Positions 1 through 13,200 of a stretch of DNA of 64,000 bases are shown here, piece by piece. The DNA comes from Camelus ferus (taxonomy: Eukaryota). Each line of letters begins with the position of its first letter. Positions within the stretch are counted from its first letter, which is position 1. Location: contig NC_045697.1 of the NCBI RefSeq assembly GCF_009834535.1, positions 77,936,001-78,000,000 on the forward strand. The letters run 5' to 3'. Under the pieces are notes generated by a model. The model was not told where the DNA came from. It made no database searches and saw nothing but the letters and a program-made list of their open reading frames with translations. Made by a program: the position numbers and the translations under genes.

Positions 1-2030
1 ATCTAAGAACGCAAGGATGTTTTGATATGTGGAAAATCAATCATTGTGACATACCATGTTGGCAGAATAAGGACAAAAACCACATGGTCATCCCTATAGT
101 GCAGAAGAAGCATTTGACAAAATCCAGCACCTTTTCATGATAAAACATTCAACAAGCTTAGGAAGAGAAGGGAACTTCCTCAACCTGATAAAGGGCACCT
201 AGGAAACACCAGCAGCTAACATCACAGGTATAGGTAAAAGACTGAATGCCTTCCCCCTGAGAATAGCAACAGGACAAGAATGTTCTCATTTGCAACTTTA
301 CTTAACATTGAGGTGCAGCTTCTTGTAATGGTAATTGGGTAAGAAAAAGAAATAGAAGACAACCAGATTGGAAAAGGGAAAAAGTAAAATGATCTCCATT
401 ATCAAATGACATGACCTTGCATATAGAAAATCCTAAATATACACACATGCGCACACACACACACACACACACACACAATTACCACTAAATGAGTTCAGCA
501 AGGTTGCAGGATACAAGGTCAATATACAAAAATTAATTGTACTTTTATATACTAGTAATGAAAAATAAGGAAGTGAAATTAAAAGAAGTCTAAGACTCAT
601 AGACCTAAAACTATAAAACACTGTTGGAAAAATTTAAAGATCTAAATAGATGGACATCTCCAGTTCATAGACTAGAGGACTTAATATTGTGAAAATGGCA
701 ATACTCCTCAAACTGATCTACAGATTCAGCGTGATGCCTTTGAAATCTCGCCTTGCTTCTTTTGCAGAAATCGACAATCTGATCGTAAAATTCATACTGA
801 AATGAAAGTAACACAGAATAACCAAAAGAATCTTCAAAATAAGAACAAAGTTATAGAACTCACACTTCTCAAATTTAAAACTTACTACACAGTGACCGTA
901 ATCAATACAATGTTACTGTCATACAGATAGACATACAGATCAATGGGATAGAACTGAGAGTGCAGAAATAAATACCTACATATATGGTCATTTGATTTTT
1001 GACAAGAGAATTCAATGGAGAAAAAGTCTTTTCAATAAATGGTGCTAGGATAAGTGGAGCTCCACAAGCAAAAAAAAAAAGAACCATTTTCTTATGCCAT
1101 ATACAAATTTAACTCAAAAAGCATCACAGATCTAGAAGCTAAAACTTCAAAACTGCTAGGGAAAAAATATGCAAGTAAGTCTTTGTGATCTTGGATTAAG
1201 CAATGATTTCTTAGACATGACACTAAAAGCATAATCAACAAAAGAAAAAATAAGATAAATTAGACTACGTCAAAATTTAAAACTTTAGTGTTACAAATGA
1301 TACTATTAATAAAGTGATAAGACAACCCATGATACGGAAGAAAATATCTGTAAATCAAATATACGATTAGGGACTGGCATGCAGAATATATAAAGAACTC
1401 TGACAACTCAATAATAAAAAAACAAATGACCCCATTAAAAAAAACGGGCAAATGATTTAAAGACATCCCTCCAAAGATACATAAATACACAATAAGCACA
1501 TGAAAAGATGCTCAACATCTTAAGCCATTATGAAATGCAAATTAAAACCATGATGTGATACCACTTCACACCCACCAGGATGGTAATAATAAAAAAAGAC
1601 AGACAATAACAACTGTTGGCAAGGATATGGAGAAATTGGAAACTTCATACATTGCTAGTGGGAATTTAAAATGCTGCAGCTGCTTTGGAAAATAGTTTGG
1701 CAGTTCTTCAAAATATTAGACATAGAGTTATTGTATGACCCAGCAATTTTACTCTTAGGTATATATCCAAGAGAAATGAAAATATATACCACACAAAAAC
1801 TTGTATCCAAATGTTGATAGCAGCATTATGCATAATAGTCAAAAATGAAATAAACCAATTTATGAATGGATTTTATAATGTGGTATATACCTGTAATGGA
1901 ATATTACGGAAAAGGAATGAAGTTCTGATATATGATAAAACATAGATGAATCTTGAAAATCATTAACTGTATACTTTAAATGGGTAAGTGTTATGGTATG
2001 TATATCATGTGTCAATAAGATTTTTTTTAA
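1..2030 (+). mobile_element. Degenerate LINE-1 (old L1M-type): ORF2 RT/C-terminal remnant plus 3'UTR, truncated by the window edge
   Basis: Sequence at ~75-140 corresponds to the ORF2 motif KNHMIISIDAEKAFDKIQHPFMIK. Typical L1 3' motifs follow (atgcaaattaaaacc, tatgacccagcaatt). Many stops and frameshifts. Confidence 0.93.
452..477 (+). repeat. (CA)n microsatellite inside L1
   Basis: About 13 CA units read directly. Confidence 0.95.
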
Positions 2031-2040
2031 ATTGGTTTAC

Positions 2041-2183
2041 TTTTTTTTTTTTTTTTTTTTTGCCAGGGGGAAGTAATTAGGCTTATTTATTTATTTATTT
2101 TTAGAGAGGGTACTGGGGATTGAACCCAGGACATTGTGAATGCTAAGCATGTGCTCTACCACTTGAGCTATATCCTCCCTCCT
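2041..2183 (-). mobile_element. tRNA-Ala-derived SINE (camelid Vic-1-like)
   Basis: Minus strand reads GGGAGGATATAGCTCAAGTGGTAGAGC...GGGTTCAATCCCCAGTACC (Pol III A and B boxes), then (AAAT)n and a poly(A) tail (T-run at 2041-2061). Confidence 0.85.
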
Positions 2184-5100
2184 CAATAATATGTTTTTTT
2201 AAAATCACTCAGAAATTGAAAAACGAGAGAGAAAGAGAATACCCCAAAATACACAAAATCAAAATAGAGATACAATTTTTCACCTACCAAATCAACCAAA
2301 ACACAAGAGACTGGTGAAATTCACCACTGGTGAGGGGATGGGGGAATGGCCCTCTCACCACTGGTGGTAGCTGTGTGGACTGAAATAGTGTTTTGAGTGG
2401 GAATTTGGCAACATTTTTTACAATTTTACATTTGCTTTTCCTTATACCCAGCAATACAATTTCTAGAGATTTATCCTGTAGATACTATATAAAAACATTC
2501 ACATGCTGTACAAAGATGAAAGGATTTTCACTGCACAGCTCCTGAAAGTGAAAAACCTTTGCCAGTTACTAAACTTGTCAGATAAATGATGATGTTCCCA
2601 TACACAGGAGTAAGATACCAGCATTCATTCCCATATGTTCTACCTTCTCTACCATTATGGCTGAGCTCCTTCCTACGGCCAGCGCACTAGGTCTCATCTT
2701 TATTCAACTTTGCAAAGCACTGTACTAGAAAATCTACACCCTCTCTCTATTAGATTCTGTGCATCAGTAGAGACTCATGCTATTATTTCTCAAAAAGTTA
2801 AAAAAAAAAAAAAAAAACCAAAATCTCTCAACCCTATTTCTCCTTCTAGATCTCTCCTTCTAGTTACCACAAAATTTTTCTAAAGCATTGTCTATGCTTT
2901 TTTAGAGGAGAATTTAACAGAAACTATCAGATTTTAAATGTGTATGCCATCAGATCTAGCAATTCCACTATTAGGGCTCCCTTTTAGATAAATCCTTATG
3001 CACGTACCTGAATAAATCCTTATACACACCTAGAGATATTCACTTATTCATTCAACCAATATTATAGAGAATTTATGTCCAAGATCTGTGCTAGAAACTG
3101 GCACAGTTATTTTTATCAGAGAATAAAAGACAAAAACAAGCAAAACAAAACAAAGTATTGTCTAGGCTCATCTAAAATTTCTCCCTTGAGCTCATTCTAA
3201 TTGGGCTTTCAATCTCCACTGTTCCACTAAAACTGTGCTTATTGAGGTCAGGACTTGCTAAATTCTAGTCAATTCTCAATTAAAACAATTCTACAGAAAG
3301 CCAAAATAATAGTGTCCAAGTATACAGCTAATTGACATCTGGCTTAATCTAATGTTAAATTTTAGGATTTCTAGAGAAATGATATGGAGTTTATATTCTC
3401 CAGATAACCTCTCAAAAATACTATTTTCAACTGAGTTTCGGTGTTTTACCAAAATAGTAGTAAGTCTGAGTTCAGATTTTCTCTCTTGCTACTTTAATAG
3501 TTAGGTTGACTCAGGGAAATGTTGACATATTCTTATGAAAGTTGGGAAGCAGGTGTCTGAATAGAAGTCTACTACAAAAGTAGAACCATCGTGCAAAGGT
3601 AAGATTTTCCCATAAAAATAATTTTGTATCTACCTAACACATAGGCTGATTATTAAGGTCCAAAAATTATAGGATGTAGAGCACAGTTCCAGTTGTTTTA
3701 GCCTGTAAAAGATTTAAAGAAAACATTGCCAAGCTTCCTCCTTAGCCATCTCTTCTTAGTGGAAAAAATAAAAGAACTCTTGATAAAGTATCATAAGATC
3801 TATACCTTTATTTAATACATCTTTGTAATTAACACTTCAAGACATATTTATAATTGGAAGCATCTATGTCAACATTGTAACAGTGATTATCCCTGAGTGG
3901 TAACTGATTCTTACCCACGGAATTAAAGGTCTAAGTATTAATGAAAACTCAAATAAATGTATGCTTTTCCTAAAAGATCAATCCACAACATGATAATAAG
4001 GAGATTCAATGCTCTGATTTTTCAGAAAAATCCAAACTTGAATTTTACTAAGAAGGAAGCTATAAAAAATTAAGACAAAATCCTTGGTAAGTTAACACAT
4101 GCATAAGTTGGGGTAAGTAAAGGAGTAAAGGGCTGTGCTTTTTTTCTTTTAAATATAAAGTGATAGGCTACCCTCCAGATCCAGCTAAGATTAGTTAATG
4201 ACTATACATAAATTATCGAAGTTTAGCTTAAACTTTTAAATCACATGTGCAGTCATAAATTGAGAATAAAACAGAGCAACATAAGATTTACAACATTTAG
4301 AGCAGTTGGCCTTGATTTATAAAGCTGAGGAGTCCTGGTGGTCAACTGGAATCTTCTAATCTCACTCACTAAATTCACGCTTCATGTAACTGTGTCCCAG
4401 AATCTATCCTAAATTCTGGTTCTGACTACAATGCTTAGATTTCTTACATGGACACTTTTATTTTCAAATTTCATTTGGTGTTGGGGAAAGAGGGTCTCTA
4501 TTTTGAAGCGACAGGAATAAGATTTAAGTACACAAGATCAAATGTGGATGCTCTGATTTCATACACCTCACAGATACAGCCTTAGTTTTAGTATACTGTC
4601 TTTTTCAAACCAAATATTGTCAATAACAGGAGATTATAAATACTAAGTCAAGAGTGTAGCTATCCACAATGTAATTCAAGAATTAGGGTGATCTTTGGGT
4701 TAGTTTAGAGATGGTAGAAGAGAAAGTTTCTTTCTTGAAGTTCTCCGGAATACTGATGCAGTGCGATGAGTCCCCAGGAAACGTCTCTGGAAAGAATCCC
4801 TTTCCTTCCTCCCCAAATGTTAGGAATGAATTTATCTCCAACTTCAAATGTGTCCTTCAATGCGGAGTTACCTTCCAATAGAGCAAAAGTACTGACCCTT
4901 CTCTGCCCCTTTACTCATGTCTCCCCTCAAATTTAGGAACAGGAACTGGGCATACTTGGGTCAATTCACACTACTTTCCTCTTCTAGGAGTCCACCTGTT
5001 CAGAGAGTGTATGTTCTGATCTGTTTTCAGAAATAAAGCAAATAGCAATAAAGGCTCCCCATGGGGCATGAAGTTGCCCAGGGGGCTGTGGCAGAGTGGT

Positions 5101-5779
5101 GAGTCTACCAAATTCTCTGGGTTCATTATTATTACTGCCCACCTAAGCTATGTCCTCCAGCCTAGTCTTTATCCATAATAACTATTTATTTGTTTCCCAG
5201 TTGGCTGAGAATTCAGCTAGGAGGAAGGAGGCATATAAACTGTTGATAGACTGAAACTCAACACCAATATGGAATCCCTCCAGGGCTGCACAAAACTATA
5301 TTTACTCAATCACATCAGATAACTCACATACTAAGTGGAGTTTTTAGATAAAAATAGGATTGTCTGACTAGTATTATTTAGAAATACTCCCAATTGTCTA
5401 CTATTTGCCTCTGAAGATACATCTTTAAATGTATATTAGTAAACAGAAATAAATTACTAGTTTTCAATTGATACTTTAATAGTAAAAGTTGGCCTTAAAC
5501 AGTAATTTAAAGAGTTGGCCAAGTCCTAACTGAATTAGGGGTTAAACTTTATCTTGAAGAATGAGTAACATGTAGTTAGAAGGACACAACAAAGGTGGAA
5601 AAAAGGTTGGCATTTTTAATAAAGTTGATATAATGTAGAAAAGAGGAAGGGACTAGGATCACAATGCTGAAAGGCAAACCTGAACTGATGTAATAGGGTC
5701 CAGAATTTGTGAAGTCTGGTAAGTTAACCTGAGGCCTTTATCCCATGGGCAATTAAGGAAACTGTTGAGAGTTTAGCTA

Positions 5780-6252
5780 AACTTGCAGAGGTTATGAATT
5801 TTAGCATCTGTTGAGCTCCTGCTATGTGCCAATTACTGTGCGAGGTGTTTTATGTACAATTATCTCATTTTGTCCTAACAACAGTCTTATGAAGCAGGTA
5901 TTAACACCTTTTAAAATGAGGAAATAGGCTTAGTGAGGTTAAAAGTAACTTGTTCAGGATCCAACAGCTATTAGGGGGTGAAGCTGAGATCATTTCTGGT
6001 CTGGCTGATGGCAAACCCCATCCGCTTTCTAATTTATGAAACACTAAGTTTAGCGAAACAAGGGTACTATTAAGGAATAATTCATACATTTGATAAATAG
6101 TTCTTGAATGTTACTTTCATCAGCTAAATTCCATGCTTATTCAGATTTCCTTAGTTTTTGCCTATTGACTTTTTTTTTTAAATTTGTTTCAGGATCCCCT
6201 CTAGGATACCATATTGCATTTAATCATTTGATGTCCTTGAGGCTCCTCTTGG
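5780..6252 (+). repeat. Left arm of long inverted repeat (contains a MIR-like element and an L1 3' fragment)
   Basis: Reverse complement of 7316-7783. By hand, ~10 mismatches over 5780-6159. Confidence 0.97.
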
Positions 6253-6647
6253 ATCGAATACAGAATGTGATCCCCAAAATATAATTTATTACAAATCCTA
6301 AATCCTAAATAATTTTCTTTCTAATTTGCACATGTTAATGTTTATTTTTTGTGCTATAACATTCTATGAGTTTTGACAAATGTAAGAGATACAGGTTTTT
6401 CAGCTATAGATTTTGGAGGCATCTCTCTATCTATGACAGTTAAACTTGTGCAAGCATGGAGCCCCAAGGGTAGCATGTGGAATGAAAAACAGGAATAAGG
6501 AGCACAGAATACTGGGAAACAGCAACGCTGAAGGGGCAGATGAAGGAAGAGAAACCAGAAAAAGAGGATGAGAAAGAGTGGTCAGAGATGTATGAGAGAA
6601 AGAGCTCTAAGGAAGCCAGGGAAGGAGAATGCCAAGAAGGAGGGTGC

Positions 6648-6960
6648 TGAGGGTTGAACTGTGTCCGCCGGAAAATTCATATATTGAAATCCTAGCCCCT
6701 CACTTCTCAGGATGTGACTTTCTTTGGAGACAGGGTCTTTAGAGAGGTAATCAAGTTAAAGTGAGATCTTCAGGGTGGGCCCAAATCCAGGGACAGTGTC
6801 AAGTGAAGATAGCCACCTAAGCCACTGAGAGAGCCTTGGAACAGATCTTTCCTCCACAGCCCTCAGAAGCAGACAAACCTGCAGACACCTTGATTTCAGA
6901 CTTTAGCCTTCAAAACTGCAAGACAACAAATTTCTGTTGTTTAAGCCACCTTGTTTGCCA
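6648..6960 (+). mobile_element. MaLR LTR (MLT1A-C-like) fragment
   Basis: Characteristic motifs gggttgaactgtgtcc, attcatatattgaaatccta, tttggagacagggtcttt, aaatttctgttgtttaagccacc. Confidence 0.8.
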
Positions 6961-7450
6961 TGGAGCATAGCTTCCCCCTTCGTAAGTGTGGGCTATGCAC
7001 AATGACTTCCTTCCAAAGAGTACAGCATGGAAAGAGCGAAAAAAAAAAAAGCAACTTTAAAGCAGAGAACCTGACAAACACTACCTCAGCTAGGTGTTCC
7101 ACGTCAACATCAGTGATAAATCATAATGGTGGTATGATGTGATGAGATGGCACTTCACCTCTGTGGTCACTCTCCCTTAAATCCATAACCCCAGTCTAAT
7201 CATGAGAAAAACATCAGGCAAACTGCAACTGAGGGACATTCTACAAAATAGCTGACCAGTACTCAAAACTGTCAAAGTCATCAAATACAACAGAAGTCTG
7301 AGAAGTTTATTACAACCAAGAGGAGCCTCAAGGACATATAATGATTAAATGCAATATGGTATTCTGGTTGGGATCCTGAAACTAATAAAAAAAGGCAATA
7401 GATAAAAACTAAGGAAATCTGAATAAGTATGGAATTTAGCTGATGAAAGT
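6960..7450 (+). mobile_element. Old L1 (L1MC/L1MD-like) 3' fragment
   Basis: Motifs cacttcacctctgtggtc, ctaatcatgagaaaaacatcag, gagggacattctacaaaata, ggaaatctgaataag. Its 3' part lies inside the right inverted-repeat arm. Confidence 0.7.
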
Positions 7451-7783
7451 AACATTCAAGAACTATTTATCAAATGTATGAATTATTCCTTAATAGTACC
7501 CTTGTTTCGCTAAACTTAGTGTTTCATAAATTAGAAAGCGGATGGGCTTTGCCATCAGCCAGACCAGATCTGATCTCAGCTTCACCCCCTAATAGCTGTT
7601 GGATCCTGAACAAGTTACTTTTAACCTCACTAAGCCTATATCCTCATTTTAAAAGGTGTTAATACCTGCTTCATAAGACTGTTGTTAGGACAAAATGAGA
7701 TAATTGTACATAAAACACCTCGCACAGTAATTGGTACATAGCAGGAGCTCAACAGATGCTAAAATTTGTACCCTCTACAAGTT
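7316..7783 (-). repeat. Right arm of long inverted repeat
   Basis: Reverse complement of 5780-6252. Explains the near-identical ORF pair 5901..6089(-) and 7474..7662(+). Confidence 0.97.
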
Positions 7784-9499
7784 GCAATGAGACCTGGAAG
7801 TCAAAGAGGGCAGGTCTTGCACATTATGCAGAAAGCTGAATGTTTACTTTAAGTCTCATGTTGCAGATTAATACTTTGCCATCCAACACTTAAGAGGTAG
7901 ATATCACTTGTCAGAAATTAAAATATTTTGAATACAGTATGCCTTTGATGAGGGATAAAGCCTCTCTCAGCTGTTAGAACTTTTCATAAATCTTCACCTT
8001 GTACTCATTCAGCCTTTGCTTATTTGAAGTTTAATTATATCTCGGTTATCTGAAAAGCCCTTTCTGAATATTCCTTATTTTATTAAAAAAGAGAGCAGGT
8101 AAAAGAGAACAACTATTTAATTCATTGTAACAGTTAATAAGACAAGTGATAGACACAATGCATTTTTGGTCATGAATTGTGTCTTAATAAAAAGTGAGTC
8201 TTCTTTCTAACTGCAAAAAAAGAAATTCAGTAACAGCAACCAAAAGCATCCCAGGCCTACATACCATGCTGAAATACAAACGTTTAAGCCAAAGGTAAGA
8301 GTGCCTTTATCTTCTATTTGGATACCAATAACCAAACATCAAACAGAATTGATATGAACCCAAAAATATATAATGATAATTTTTTTAAAAAAAGAAAGAA
8401 CTATTAGTGGGAAAAAGACATCAATATGTGAATAGCAAAGCAATGCAATTTCCAAAGTAATTTCCTGTTCCTTACTGGTTTGGAAAAAGAGCTCTTTTCA
8501 CTAGATTAGACCTCACATATCGAGAATTAAGAGCAGCCTCTAGTGGCAGGTTAAGGATTTTACAGAGTGGCCTTGTAGAAACCAAAATGCCTTCTAGCTC
8601 TTTTACTATTTGCTCTGAGCAGAAAGTACATTTCATTCAAGGAACCTGGGGAAGCTTAGAGCCAAATTGGCTAATCAATTTTAGCAATTGTGCACAATTT
8701 CACCCCACCTTGAGGGTTCTTAATAGTTATATTTTATTTGTATTCTTTTCTATATGCGTAGTTTTTAAAACCATCTCAAATTCTTTGTTGACAGAGATAG
8801 GCTAATAGCTGAATGGGCTATTATCTGAACCATGGCCAGAGATGGGGGTGCAGTGTTTAATTGCAAGTCATAAAAGGACTGACAAAACCTAAATGAAGAC
8901 AGATAGGTTTGATGAAATGAAGTCCAACTCTTACTTAGCCTTTCTATCTCCCTAAATCAAGGGTGACGAAAAGCAGAAATACTCTGAGGAAAAGTCGAAA
9001 TATCTTCTCCATCTAAGGAACAGTGAACTTTCCTGAATCTCATTTCATCTTTTCAAAGGGGGCCCTTTTCATGGACAGTGCAAGAAAAAGGCTGGGAATA
9101 TACCGAATAAACATATCCTGATTTTATACCACTGTCTTTCTCCTTCCTCTAAATTCTAATACATTCATCCAAAATCTTGATTTTTCACTACTTATGAAAA
9201 TTAATTAAATGAGTGAGTGAGTGAGTAAGTAAGTAAGTAAAATGTTCTTCATCAATTATTGCCACAAAAACACTGATGTTACCTTTGGATAAAACTCATC
9301 GAGTGGTGCTGGGATGTGAGGTTTGCCTATAATGATAGCTCTGCTGCTCTGGTGCAAAGAACGCTCAGCAGAGACAACCAGAAAGCTTTACCAACGTCCA
9401 GGAACAGACAGTTTTAAAGTTTCCACAAAGGACAGAGCCAGGGAACTGGGAAAGTCGCTGAGAGCTGTGACACAAAGTGCGGACTCTGGGTAAGACCTA

Positions 9500-10250
9500 A
9501 GTCACTCTGTGAGAGAGGCCAAGCGCCCTTTGACACACCGTCGCCTCCCTCGACCTGTAATCAGGCCCCACCGTGAGGGAGCGCGTGGGGTGGCGAAGGC
9601 CGCAAACCTCGCGCGCCTTCCCGGTGTGTGAACACCCTCCTTGCTCTCAGGGGCCCAGCCGCCCGCCTTCTCCGCTCCTTCCTCGGCCGGGCCGCGCGGG
9701 GGTCGCGACGCGCAAGGAGCGCAGGCAGGTGAGGCCGGACCCGCGCACGGCGCCTGCACACCCGGCCCGGACCCCGCACCTCGGCCCGCCGGGACCCCCT
9801 CCATTGCCCACCGTCCGCCGTCCACCAGCCCGCGCCGCAGGACTGCGGGCCTCGGGCTCCGGCCCAGGCCTCCTCCAGGCCAGAGCCCCGCTCCACCTCC
9901 AAGCAAGGAGCAAGAGGCGCGCGCAGAGAGGCCGGCAGGTCCAGGACGAAGCTCCGGGCTTCTCAAGTACGTGGCGCGCTTGGTCATGGAGGGAACGAAG
10001 GAAGCCGCTGGAAAAGGCAGAGGTGACTGATACCCTGGGCAGGACCTACCTAACTGGGCTCGCCGGACCGGGATCCCCGCCTCGCCTGGCAGGTGAGCGA
10101 CCAAGGGGGCCGCGGGCGCCTCCCGGCGTTGGGGGCGGGGCTTCTGTTCGTTGGGGTCCCGTGAAGTGGGGAAGGGCTGGACGCGCGGGTTCGCGAGACC
10201 TGGGCTCACCTTGCCTGGACTCAGTCACATCTCCCTGGCAAGGCTGCTAA
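9500..10250. promoter_or_regulatory. Orphan CpG island
   Basis: Abrupt ~750-bp GC- and CpG-rich block in AT-rich flanks, with no recognisable coding sequence. Confidence 0.85.
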
Positions 10251-13200
10251 TTGTTCCTTCATTTGAGAAAGGAGGGTGGAAACAAAAATTTTAAAACCTT
10301 GACAGGCCCCTTACTCCCACGAGCTCCTCCTGAAATGACTCCAAGGGAGAGTGAATCATAAAACAATATTACCTTCTTTCATCTAATTAATATAATCATT
10401 TAATTTTTTAGTTTTTCTGCTTGTCTTTCACAGGTGCCTTCAAATAAATTAATCTAGAATATATTTTATTATATTTTATTTATTAAAAATTCCTACCTCC
10501 TCATGAGAGTGCAGCAATGATGAATTAATATTTGCTAAGCACTTGGAAGGTGAAAGCTACGTAAACTTGCTGGAGTTACTCTATTATTACTGATTCAGAA
10601 AAGCTAACTCGATAGGATTGGTAACCCATACCATCTGCTTTAATAACTGAAATTACATTATAAAAAGGCTTTGCCTATTGCGGGAAAGTAGTCGAATACA
10701 GAAATAATTCAAATTCCCCAGAAAATGGAATCGTGCTTTAAAAGAAAAGTGAGTCTCCAGACTGATTTCCTTTTGTTTTGCTCTATTATTATTGTCCCAT
10801 TTAAATTAATTAGATGTATAAATGTAATCACCTGGACAACTTCTCAATATTAATTTCTCCTTCCTGTGATTTAGAATGAGTCATCTGAAGGCTAGGTCTT
10901 GCATTAACAAATTGAGAAATCATGCTCTTCCTTTCACAGCAGTCCCACTGTTTTACTTTATATGCAGGTATTGTAATAGAAATTTAAGTATAACTGCAAA
11001 GAATTTCAAATATTTTTGTATCTATATCATTTGTTGCTCAGTATTTTTGACTAGTAGAGTGGAATAATGTTAATAATGTCTAATTTGTCTGAGGTATATG
11101 GTAACCAGAGCAAAGACAGGCATTTAGATTTCCAGTTAATAGAATTAGATTTCCAGTTAAACTTCTTTCAACCATAATTTGACTATTAGGGCAATTGTTT
11201 TAATTTCCTCTTTTTACTTTGCTTAACGATCATAGCCCTCAAAATGACTTGGCACCAAATGTGTTTCAAAAGTAATCCAAAGAGTTTTAGAAATAAATTA
11301 TTTTTAAAATGCAGAGTTTTTTAATGTAGTGTTCTAAAATATCCAGCAAGCAGCTCTTATCAGTCATTATGAAACTTCCCTGTATTCAAGCACAGAAAAC
11401 ATTAGTATTTAACACCACAAAAGTAGGCCAGACCACTATCATCAACCTAATAGTCATCATTATTTGTATCATTTATTAAATTACTTAGCGCAGCAGTGCC
11501 AAAAAGTGAAGTAATACTATGAATTCACTAGAGGGAGCAGTTCTTTTTAGTAAATTAGTATTACTTATCTATATTTAGCAGTCCTAGAGTGAATCTGGAC
11601 ATGTAACATAATCTGAGAATAAAAGTATGCAGAATTCAAGAAACAGATCTCAGTGAAGATGTTTAGAGGTTTTCTTAAAGCTTTTGAGGAGAAAAGAGAA
11701 CTTGAAAACACAAGATGAAGTCCAAGGTAGTAATAATTTAGCTGAACATCTGTCAGCATTTCCTTTTTGTTTTAATTTTCACGTACTTTTAGACAAAATA
11801 ATTACTGCCTATTAAAATTGGCATAGCATCTGATCCATTAAAAGTTCAACAATAGCCAGTAACAGTAACAGTAACAGTAGCTAGTTTCCAAGTGTCTGGT
11901 ACAAATGCAAATAAACTCCAGATTCAATTAAGTAAAGATGCTTATTCTAGTTAGCAATATGTGAGATGTTCAGACCTATTCACATTTCTGTTATACATCT
12001 CTATTTTTTACCTCTATTTTTTACCTCAACAATTCATCCTATTTTTCATACTTGGGCTTTTAGCCAGAAAGACACTTATTAATTCCATATTAGTTTAAAA
12101 TGAATGTGGAATTAATAAGTGATATTTATACAATTGTGCCTAACTATATTAAGTTTTGGTTACCTATAAAATGTTAATGTTGAATGATATAGATTTGGCC
12201 TTTGAAAACAAAATAAACTGAGTTGTTACTATTGAATTAATTCCAAACTTAATAATACCAAGGTGCTAATGTTTTTAAATGATAGTTTTATTTTATTTGT
12301 AAAATAATTCATTCAATACATACTTAGTGAATTTCTACCTGGTGTTGGATACTGTTAGGATCTGAGGATACAAAGAAGTGATATCCAATTTAGCTCACAA
12401 TTTAATGATGTTTTAAAAATAAAATTTCCCCAATAATTTAATTACATTTATGTTTAAAAAAACCTATGCACTTAAAAAGTTTTCTCAAATCCTTTACTAA
12501 AAGGAGTAGCATTTCTTCTTCTTCTTTTTTTAATCACTAGGAAATCATCAGAAAAGCTCAGAGCTAAAGAAAAGTTTTAGAGTCTTCCAATATATGAGAC
12601 ATGTTCAGTATACGAATGGTCAATTCTGGCAACTCCAAGTCAAGTAGTTACTATTATTCATTTGTATGTGGATGGGCCACATGTTCTCCAAATGATATTC
12701 CCCAAACTCTTCCCTAAAATCCTTTTTAAAGAAATGTAATCTGAACACTTGTGCTATTGAATTGATGGTTTTGGTCTTGTTTTTACTTAAAGATGAATAA
12801 AGAGGATAGGTGACCCATGAATCCCTGGTAATGGTCAGTATATTCCACACTGAATCTCTCTTTTTCCCATTACACTATTTAAGTAGTGTATATTTATTTC
12901 TACAGTGTTATAATGCACCAAGTTAATCATAGGATGAAATGAACTATAATAATGTATCAAAGTCTCCATGAAATTGTATTCTAAAATATGAAGATGCATA
13001 TCCTTTGTTGCACTGATAGTGTCATTTCACATGTTATCTTGCTGTGAATTAAAGTGTAAACATCAGAGCCACAAAGGAAGAACTATAATTAATATATTAG
13101 GGCCAAGGATTATGTAAGTTGAGGGTAAATTAATTTTCTTTGAAGTCAAATGCTGAAAACTCACTTTAAGCTATGACTTAAAGGAATATTGAACTTTCAT

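Noticed and set aside
2105..2183. tRNA-Ala gene
   Set aside because: The degenerate tRNA-like head is followed by an AT-rich linker and poly(A) tail, so it is a SINE.
5901..7662. Near-identical 62-aa ORF pair (5901..6089 - and 7474..7662 +) as a duplicated small gene
   Set aside because: The ORFs run through MIR-like sequence and lack gene context. Their identity is explained by the inverted repeat.
9502..10250. Overlapping 225-235 aa ORFs on both strands
   Set aside because: Low-complexity Pro/Arg/Gly/Ala translations typical of stop-poor CpG islands, with no recognisable domain.
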